Shown here piece after piece: positions 54,212 through 61,663 of a stretch of DNA of 64,000 bases. Numbering within the stretch: position 1 is the stretch's first letter; every line of letters starts with the position of its first letter. Position numbers and translations under genes: made by a program. The notes under the pieces were generated by a model that had not been told where the DNA came from, made no database searches, and saw nothing but the letters and a program-made list of their open reading frames with translations. Origin of the DNA: Rhodospirillales bacterium (GTDB lineage: Bacteria > Pseudomonadota > Alphaproteobacteria > Rhodospirillales > Defluviicoccaceae); the NCBI GenBank assembly GCA_046348725.1, contig JAXMDR010000005.1, positions 3,272-67,271 on the forward strand. The letters run 5' to 3'.

Positions 54212-54489
54212 TGACAACGCACGAGGAGAAGATGCGAACGGTCCGCTTCCGGGTGGCCGAGGAACCGCACATCGTCCTCGATCCAGAGAAGTGCAGGACC
54301 TGTGCGGTGAAGGCCTGCGTCTTCGTCTGCCCGGCCAACCTGTTCGTGCCGCTCGACGACGGCAGCGTGCTGTTCAACTACGAGCAGTGCTTCGAGTGCG
54401 GCACCTGCTTCCTCGTCTGCAGCAAGGAAGGCGCCTTGCGCTGGGCATATCCGCCGGGTGGCTTCGGCGTCACCTTCCGCGAGTCCTAA
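54205..54489 (+). CDS. fixX: FixX-like ferredoxin
   Basis: PHIV...C-x2-C-x4-C-x3-CPA, CFECGTC-x3-C, WAYPPGGFGV. Confidence 0.9.
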   Translation: MVMTTHEEKMRTVRFRVAEEPHIVLDPEKCRTCAVKACVFVCPANLFVPLDDGSVLFNYEQCFECGTCFLVCSKEGALRWAYPPGGFGVTFRES

Positions 54490-54538
54490 AGGTCACAGAT
54501 GCGGGCAAGCGCCCGCGCGAGTTGAGGAAAGCAAGGCG

Positions 54539-55408
54539 ATGCGGTTTGCCGTTTGTCTCAGCCTCGTCCCCGACCCGGAGACCATCGATGTCGATCCGCT
54601 GACCGGCGAGATCGACGCCGACCGCACCCTGCACATCATGGATCCGGCCGATGCGGCGGCGCTGGAACTGGCGCTGCGGCTGCGCCGCGACGGCGATACA
54701 GTGACGGCGCTGACAGTCGGGCCAGTGGAAGCCGACGCGGTGTTGCGCGAGGCGCTGGCCGCCGGCGCCGACGCCGCGCTGCGCCTGTGGGACGAGACGC
54801 GCACGGCGACCAAGCCCGCCGTCACCTCGCTGCTGCTTTCCGCCGCGCTGCGCAACGAGGGGCTGCCCGATCTGGTGCTGTGCGGCTGGCGCAGCCTCGC
54901 GCGCGGCTCCGGCAAGCTGCCGGCGTTGCTGGGCGAGTACCTCGACTGGCCGGTGGTCGCCGACATCACCCGGCTGGAGATCCAGGCGGCGCGCGTGCAC
55001 TTCCACCGCCGGCCGACGCGCGGCGACCGGTCGGAAGGCACGGTGACGATGCCGGCGGTGCTGGCGATCGCTGCCGATACCCTGCGGCTGCGCTACGCCA
55101 GCCTGCCCCGGCTGATGCAGGCGTGCCGCACCGTCATCCCGGTGCGTGATCTTCCCGACCTCGGGCTGTCGCCGCTGGACCTGTCGTTTCCCGCCTCGAC
55201 GGTGCATGCGGCGACGCCGCCGCGGCCGCGGCCGCGCACGATCTTCATTCCCGACAGCCACCTGCCGCCGGACGAGCGCATCGGCCAGATCATGTCGGCC
55301 GGCGCCGCGCCGAAGAGCAGCACGGTGCTGGAAGGCCCGCCGGAGGAGATGGCCGATGCGATCATCGCCTTCCTGCGCGCCCGTGGCTTCCTGGACCAGC
55401 CGGCATGA
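54539..55408 (+). CDS. fixA: Electron transfer flavoprotein beta subunit (FixA-like, divergent)
   Basis: VCLSLVPDP, MDPADAAALELAL, ALTVGP, LREALAAGAD, DLVLCG, LRYASL. Confidence 0.82.
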   Translation: MRFAVCLSLVPDPETIDVDPLTGEIDADRTLHIMDPADAAALELALRLRRDGDTVTALTVGPVEADAVLREALAAGADAALRLWDETRTATKPAVTSLLLSAALRNEGLPDLVLCGWRSLARGSGKLPALLGEYLDWPVVADITRLEIQAARVHFHRRPTRGDRSEGTVTMPAVLAIAADTLRLRYASLPRLMQACRTVIPVRDLPDLGLSPLDLSFPASTVHAATPPRPRPRTIFIPDSHLPPDERIGQIMSAGAAPKSSTVLEGPPEEMADAIIAFLRARGFLDQPA

Positions 55409-56184
55409 CCGTGCTGCTCGCCGAAATGACCTGGCCGGAGGTGGAACGCGCCGTCGCCAAGGGGGCGACGACGGTGCTGCTGCCGCTGGGGGCGACCGAG
55501 CAGCACGGACCGCACCTGCCGCTGGGAACCGATACCTTCCGCGCGGTGGCGCTGGCGGCAGGAGTGGCGGTGATGCCGGGCATTCTGGTGGCGCCGGCGC
55601 TGCCCTTCGGCTGCTCCGACGAGCATTCCGGGTTTGCCGGCCTGATCGGCGTCGATCACGCGACGCTGGCGCAGGTCATCGTCGACTGCGGCTGGCGCAT
55701 GGCCGCCTGGGGCGTCCGCCGGCTGCTGCTGCTCTCCGCCCACGGCGGCAACGACCAGGCGCTGGAGCTGGCGCGCAGCCGGCTGCACGCGCACGCCCGC
55801 GGCCTCGAGGTGGTCGTTCTCCCGTTCAGCGGGCTGCGCGCCCTGCAGGCGATCGCCGCGGCGGATGGCATTAGCGCCGACGCCGTGGGTCTGCATGCCG
55901 GCGACGGCGAGACTTCGGAGATGCTGGCGCTGCGCCCCGACCTCGCTTGCATGGAACGCGCTGAGGCCGGGCCGTCCGTCGCGATGGCGACGATCATGCC
56001 GCTCCTGCGGCAGCGCGGCGTGCAGGCGGCGAGCCCTAACGGCGTCCTCGGCGATCCGCGCCAGGCCAGCGCCGGGCGCGGTGCCGCCTATCTCGCGGCA
56101 GAGGTGGCAAGTTTATGCGGCGATGTGGCGGCCCTCGCCGAGGATGATGGCGGTTACGCCAGTGCCGGGGAGTGCCGGCGATGA
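55405..56184 (+). CDS. mftE: Mycofactocin peptidase (creatininase family)
   Basis: MTWPEV, PLGATEQHGPHLPLGTD, SDEHSGF, HGGN, HAGDGETS, SPNGVLGDP; MFT context. Confidence 0.9.
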   Translation: MTVLLAEMTWPEVERAVAKGATTVLLPLGATEQHGPHLPLGTDTFRAVALAAGVAVMPGILVAPALPFGCSDEHSGFAGLIGVDHATLAQVIVDCGWRMAAWGVRRLLLLSAHGGNDQALELARSRLHAHARGLEVVVLPFSGLRALQAIAAADGISADAVGLHAGDGETSEMLALRPDLACMERAEAGPSVAMATIMPLLRQRGVQAASPNGVLGDPRQASAGRGAAYLAAEVASLCGDVAALAEDDGGYASAGECRR

Positions 56185-57702
56185 CCCGCAGCGTCGCCCT
56201 GCTCGAACGCGAGTACGGCAATCGGCTGGAGAAGGGGAGGCAGGAAGCCGCCCACTATCGCCTGCAGCCCGGCCTCGCGTTGCAGCCGGACCCGGGCGGC
56301 GACGGCGGCGTCATGGTGGCGTTGCGTCCGCTGATGGCGATGCGGCTGAACCGGCCGGCGTTTGGCCTGCTGTCCGCCCTGTCCGGCAACGGCGCCCGCG
56401 CTGATGCGGCGGCGTTGGCAGCCGGAATGCCGGCGGCGGACGCCGAGGCCTTCTGCGATCGGCTCGTCCGCCGGCGCATCCTCGCGCGAACGCCCCCAGT
56501 GCCGGCGGTCTGGCCTTCGGTGTCGATCATCGTCGCCGCCCACGGCCGCCACGCCGCGACGCGGGCGTGCATCACCTCGCTGCTCGCCCTCGACTACCCC
56601 GGGGGACCTTGCGAGATCATCGTCGTCGATGATGCCTCCGAGCCGCCGCTGGCGCCGGCGCTGGACGGGCTGCCGATCCGGCTGATCCGCGTCGAGCAGA
56701 ACATCGGCCAGTCGGCCGCGCGCAACCGTGCGGCAGCGGACGCCCAGGGCGACCTGCTGGCGTTCATCGACAACGACTGCGTCGCCGAGCCGGACTGGCT
56801 GCGCGCCCTCGTTCCGCACTTCGCCGATCCTGGCGTCGCCATCGTCGGCGGCAGGGTCGTGGCGCCGGCGCAGCGCGGCCGTATCGCCGCGTTCGAGGCC
56901 GTCCGCTCGCCGCTGGATATGGGGCGGATGGACGCTGCCGTCGGGCCGGACGAGGCCATCGCCTACCTGCCGACCTGCAACCTTGTCGTCCGCCGGGACG
57001 CGCTGCTGGCCGCCGGCGGCTTCCGGGCCGACATGCGCGTCGGCGAGGACGTCGATTTCACCTGGCGGGTGCTGCGGACGGGCGCGGCCGCCCGCTACGT
57101 CCCCGCCGGGCGGGTGATCCATCATCACCGCACCCGGCCGGGCGCGCTGTTGCGCCGGCGCGCCGACTATGGCTCGTCCGAGGCCGACCTGCAGCGCCGC
57201 CATCCGGGGCACCGCCGGATGATGCCGATGCCGCGCGTCTGCCTGCTGCTGCTGGCGGCGCTGACGCTACTGCTGCTGGCGTGGCTGGCTGCCGGCGCCT
57301 TGTTGGCGCTGCTCGGCGGCGCTGCTGCTTTTCGAGACCGTCGGCAAGAGCCGCCGGCTGCGGCGGCTCGGCGCACCACAGCCGGGGCGGCGGATCGCTG
57401 CGGCGGTGCTGCGCGAGCACCTCGCCTCGCTGCACGGCCTCAGCGCCAACCTCGTCCGTTACTACGGCGCACCGATGCTGGCAGCGGCGGCGCTCTGGCC
57501 GGCGCTGCTGCCGGCCGCCGCGGTCCTGCTGCTGGCGGCGCCGGTGATCGATCACCGCCGGCTGCGGCCGGCCTGCGGTCTCGTTCCTTTCGTCGGCCTC
57601 TACTGGCTGGAAATGGCCGCCTATCAGGCGGGCGTCTGGCGCGGCTGCCTCGGCCGCCGGACGCTCCGTCCCCTCCTGCCCATCCTCAACTGGAGAAGGT
57701 GA
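56181..57702 (+). CDS. mftF: Mycofactocin glycosyltransferase (GT2; frameshift near 57330)
   Basis: VVDDAS, SAARN, AFIDNDC, FEAVRSPLDMG, YLPTCNL, MRVGEDVD, DYGSSEA; C-terminal TM part in another frame ending AYQAGVWRGC...NWRR. Confidence 0.9.
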
Positions 57703-57799
57703 GCCTATGGAACACGGGTAGCGACCGAGAACCGACACCGCGGCAGCCTTTCGGGCGAACCGCGCCACTCCCCACCACAAGAAAACAGCAGGAGCACCC

Positions 57800-57967
57800 A
57801 TGCGCAGCGAAGACAGCAACAGCTTTTCGATCGATGCCGCCGACTATGGCGACGCCCCGCAGCAGCCCTCGCCGGCCGCGGCCGCGCCGCAGGCGAAAAA
57901 GCCGGCCGTCCTCGACGAGGTGCTGATCGAGGAAGTCAGCATCGACGGCATGTGCGGCGTTTATTAG
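57800..57967 (+). CDS. mftA: Mycofactocin precursor peptide (55 aa)
   Basis: Manual translation after CAGGAG RBS: MRSEDSNSFSIDAADYGDAPQQPSPAAAAPQAKKPAVLDEVLIEEVSIDGMCGVY*, ending in the invariant IDGMCGVY. Confidence 0.97.
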   Translation: MRSEDSNSFSIDAADYGDAPQQPSPAAAAPQAKKPAVLDEVLIEEVSIDGMCGVY

Positions 57968-57997
57968 CGAAGAGCGGGCGGCGGGCGGAGGTTTCAG

Positions 57998-58810
57998 GTG
58001 GTGGGCAAGCTCGACGGCAAGGTCGCCCTGATCACCGGCGCCGCCCGCGGCCAGGGGCGTGCCCATGCCATCACCATGGCCGGGGAGGGAGCGGACATCG
58101 CCGCCCTCGACATCTGCCGCGACCTCCCCTATCCGCGCTACGCGCTGGCGCGCGCCGATGACTTGAGCGAGACCGTGCGCCAGGTGGAGGCACTGGGACG
58201 CCAGGCGCTGCCGCTGCAGGCCGATGTGCGCAGCGCCGCCGACATGGAGCGGGCGGTGGCCGCCGCGCTCGCCCGTTTCGGCCACATCGACATCCTGGTG
58301 TGCAACGCCGGGATCGCAGACATGGCGCTGACCTGGGACATCACCGAAGAGTGGTGGGACATCATGCTGGACGTCAACCTCAAGGGCGTCTGGCTGGCTA
58401 TCAAGTATACCGTGCCGGGGATGATCGCGCGCAATGAGGGCGGCCGCATCCTGATCACCTCCTCGGTGGCGGGACTGCGCGGCGAGCCGGGCATGGCCCA
58501 CTACTGCGCCTCGAAATGGGGGGTCGTGGGGCTCGCCAAGACGCTGGCGCAGGAGCTTTCGACCTACGGCATCACCGTCAACACCCTGCATCCGACGGCG
58601 GTCAACACCGCCATTATCACCGGCATGGCCAAGGCCGCCGGCATGGAGACGCAGGATCTGGTCGATTTCATCCACACCGGTCACGCGCTGCCGGTGAAGC
58701 TGATCGAGGCGGCGGACGTGGCAAGCGCGGCGCTGTGGCTGGCCTCCGATGAGGCCCGCTACGTCACTGGCCACACCCTCAAGGTCGATGCGGGAAGGAT
58801 GCTGAAATGA
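57998..58810 (+). CDS. Mycofactocin-coupled SDR oxidoreductase
   Basis: ITGAARGQGRAHA, ALDIC plus the insertion typical of MFT-coupled SDRs, NAGI, HYCASK, HPTAVNT; lies between mftA and mftB. Confidence 0.92.
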   Translation: MVGKLDGKVALITGAARGQGRAHAITMAGEGADIAALDICRDLPYPRYALARADDLSETVRQVEALGRQALPLQADVRSAADMERAVAAALARFGHIDILVCNAGIADMALTWDITEEWWDIMLDVNLKGVWLAIKYTVPGMIARNEGGRILITSSVAGLRGEPGMAHYCASKWGVVGLAKTLAQELSTYGITVNTLHPTAVNTAIITGMAKAAGMETQDLVDFIHTGHALPVKLIEAADVASAALWLASDEARYVTGHTLKVDAGRMLK

Positions 58811-59085
58811 ACCTCGACGATTACTACCGGCTGGCCGACGGCATTGCCGTCCGGCCGGAACGCTTCGGCGGCCTCGCCTACAGCTATCACGACCGCCGGC
58901 TCTATTTCATCCATTCGCACGGACTTGCGGCATTCGCCGGCGGGCTGGACGGCACGCGCTCCCTGGGTGAGGCGATCGGCGAGTTCCGCGGAAAGCATGA
59001 CCTCGGCGAGGACGCGGCGGACGCGATCCTGCGATCGCTGGCGATGCTGGAAAGGATGGGGCTTGTCGTTGCGGCGGCAGCCTGA
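58807..59085 (+). CDS. mftB: Mycofactocin precursor-binding chaperone (RRE)
   Basis: YRLADGIAVRPERFGGLAYSYHDRRLYF...LRSLAMLERMGLV; PqqD-like pattern. Confidence 0.9.
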   Translation: MNLDDYYRLADGIAVRPERFGGLAYSYHDRRLYFIHSHGLAAFAGGLDGTRSLGEAIGEFRGKHDLGEDAADAILRSLAMLERMGLVVAAAA

Positions 59086-59344
59086 GCGGCCGGCATCGCG
59101 GGAGCGGAATGGCAATTGCCGGCAATGTCCAGGCGCTCAGCAGCTGGGCGCGCTCCGACTCCCGTGCGCGCCGATGTGATTAACCCCTTGTCCCGGGGCT
59201 GTTCACGTATGCAAAGTGACGCAAGGTCACGCACCGGCAACGCACCGGCGGTGAAGGGGGACGCCCCGTGCAGATCAGACAGCGGCTCTGTCACGGCGAG
59301 GGGTATGAACCCGCCGTTCCGTCGAGCCCGGCGGACGTCGGCAG

Positions 59345-59985
59345 ATGATCCGTGTGCTGATCGCCGATGATCATCCGCTGTTCCGTGCAGCGCTGCGCCA
59401 GGTCATCGAGTCACTGTTCGCCGAGCACCAGATTTTCGAGGCAAGCACCCTCGAGGAAGCACGCGCGATGGTTACGGGCGATGCCGAACTCGACCTCGAC
59501 GTCATCCTCCTCGACCTGCGGATGCCGGGATCGACGGCTTCTCCGGCCTGATCACCCTGCGCAACGCCGCCCCGGCGGTGCCGATCATCGTCGTCTCGGC
59601 GTCGAGTTCGGCGGAGATCATGCACGAGGCGATCACCTACGGCGCCGCTGGCTTCATCCCCAAGTCCTGCCGCAAGGAAGAGATCGCCGACGGCGTGCGG
59701 CGGGTGATCAACAGCGAGATCTTTCTGCCATCCGACATCGCCGGTGGCGCTGCCGAGCAGGCCAACGGGCACAGCCCGCTGCGCGAACGCATGGCGACCC
59801 TGACGCAAGGGGAGCTACGGGTGCTGGCGCTGCTGGCCCAGGGCAAATCCAACAAGATCATCGCCTATGAACTCGGCATCCGGGAATCGACGGTAAAGGC
59901 GCACATCACCGGAATCCTGCGCAAGCTGCGGGTGCACAGCCGGACGCAGGCGGTCATCGCCGCCCGCGAGCTCCATGGCGATTGA
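59345..59985 (+). CDS. NarL/LuxR-family response regulator (frameshift near 59530)
   Basis: LIADDHPLFR, LLDLRMPG; PIIVVSA, GFIPKS, LTQGELRVL, GKSNKIIAYELGIRESTVKAH. Confidence 0.9.
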
Positions 59986-60483
59986 GGCGCACGATCCCGG
60001 AAATGCAAGTCAGACGCACTCGCATTTTCCGCCGGCCAGACGCCATCAACCATTGGTGATGCGATAGTAACTTTCCGTTGCGCGCCTTGAACTGCTGTAA
60101 TAATCCACTGCTATCTGCTAACCAGCGCCCATATAATCTTTTATTGGTAAATATAATAAGTATGTCAATAATATATATTTTATTAATACATTATATATGT
60201 CGTGCGTATTTGATGAATGGTGCTGCAGGTGGCCTGCAGGTGACGTCATGTTTTGAATTTATCCACTGCTCTAGTCAGTTTTTCTGGGCAAATATGCGGT
60301 GTGCCGAACTCCGGTTTCCTCGCGGCGGCATGCAGGCCATTGCACACCTCAGCCGACTCTTGCTATGAAATACTGCCTGGGGCTGGATCCAGGTACGGCC
60401 CCAAGCAAGAAAAAGAACGCAAACAGCGTGGGACGGGCGCGCTTCCGGCGTCCGCGCCACGACCGCGTTCGCGGGGAGGAAGC

Positions 60484-61656
60484 ATGTACGTTGGCAGACG
60501 GTCCTGCGTAAGGCGGGGAGGTTCGCTGTCCCGCGATCCGCGGCAGGCGGCGCGGGAGCTGTTCGATGGCATCTACGATCCCGCCGCGTCGCTCTCCATA
60601 TTCTTCGCCTCCACCGATTACGACCTTCCCGCCCTTGAGCGCGAACTGCGCGGAAGGTTTGCCGGAACGGCGCTGATCGGCTGCACCAGCGCCGGCGAGT
60701 TGACGCCTGCGGGCTATTCGAGCGGCGGCATCGTCGGGTTCTCCCTGAGCCGGCCCGATTTTGTCACGGTATCGGCGACGATCGAAAACCTCCGCCAGTT
60801 CTCCATCGCCGAGGGCAACGCCATCGTCCGATCGATGCGTCACCAGCTCGACCAGGACGCGGGCGGCCTGCTGCCGGACAATACTTTCGCCTTTCTGCTC
60901 ATCGACGGGCTATGCAAGTGCGAGGAGGTGGTGCTGAGCGCCATCTCGTCGGCGCTCGGCGACATTCCGCTGTTCGGCGGTTCTTCCGGCGGCGGGCTTA
61001 CCTTCCAGGGAAGCTATGTGTTCGACCGGGGCCGCTTCCGCGCCGAGTCGGCGGTGCTGGTGATGGTCCGGACGCGGGCGCCGTTCCGGCTGTTCACTGC
61101 CGACCATTTCGTCAATTCAGCCACCCGGATGGTGGTGACCGAGGCGGACCCCGTAACCCGCATCGTCACCGAGATCAATGCCGAGCCGGCCGGCCGCGAA
61201 TACGCCCGGCTCCTCGGGCTTGCCGTCGACAAGCTCACGCCGATGATCTTTGCCACCCATCCGGTGGTGGTAAAGGTGGGCGGCCGCTATTACACGCGAT
61301 CGATCCAGAAGGTGAATGACGACGAAAGCCTGACCTTCTTCTGTGCCATCGACAGGGGCGTGGTGCTGACGCTCGCCCGCGCGACCGATCTGCTGAACAG
61401 CGCCACCGCACTGTTCGACGAACTCAACGTCGCGATCGGACCGCCGCAGCTCGTCATCGGCTGTGAATGCATCCTGCGCGCGCTGGAGCTGGAGGAGAAG
61501 CAGCAGAAGGCCGAAGCCGGGCGCCTGCTCGCCGCCAACAACGTCATCGGCTTCAGCACCTTCGGCGAGCAGTTCCAGGCGATGCACGTCAACCAGACCT
61601 TCACCGGCGCCGCCATCGGCGTGGGCGTTGCCGACAAGAGTACGTGGGTGTCGTAA
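60484..61656 (+). CDS. FIST N/C-domain sensor protein (NosP/GfdT-like)
   Basis: IGCTSAGE, LLIDGL, LFGGSSG, EINAEPA, RSIQKV, FFCAI, CECILR, GFSTFGEQ, HVNQTFTG. Confidence 0.9.
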   Translation: MYVGRRSCVRRGGSLSRDPRQAARELFDGIYDPAASLSIFFASTDYDLPALERELRGRFAGTALIGCTSAGELTPAGYSSGGIVGFSLSRPDFVTVSATIENLRQFSIAEGNAIVRSMRHQLDQDAGGLLPDNTFAFLLIDGLCKCEEVVLSAISSALGDIPLFGGSSGGGLTFQGSYVFDRGRFRAESAVLVMVRTRAPFRLFTADHFVNSATRMVVTEADPVTRIVTEINAEPAGREYARLLGLAVDKLTPMIFATHPVVVKVGGRYYTRSIQKVNDDESLTFFCAIDRGVVLTLARATDLLNSATALFDELNVAIGPPQLVIGCECILRALELEEKQQKAEAGRLLAANNVIGFSTFGEQFQAMHVNQTFTGAAIGVGVADKSTWVS

Positions 61657-61663
61657 AGCGGCG

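Noticed and set aside
51768-55408. fix genes as evidence of nitrogen fixation
   Set aside because: No nif genes in the window; the genes are embedded in the MFT operon
56181-56490. RRE-like N-terminal region of MftF as a novel fusion
   Set aside because: As I recall, actinobacterial MftF has a comparable N-terminal region, so novelty is not supportable
56172-57926. 584-aa MftF with a long C-terminal extension
   Set aside because: Frameshift artefact near 57330; the true C-terminus ends at 57702 and the extension overlaps mftA
59216-59230. GTGA-N7-TCAC as a CRP/FNR box upstream of the response regulator
   Set aside because: Spacing is 7 rather than 6; too weak to call
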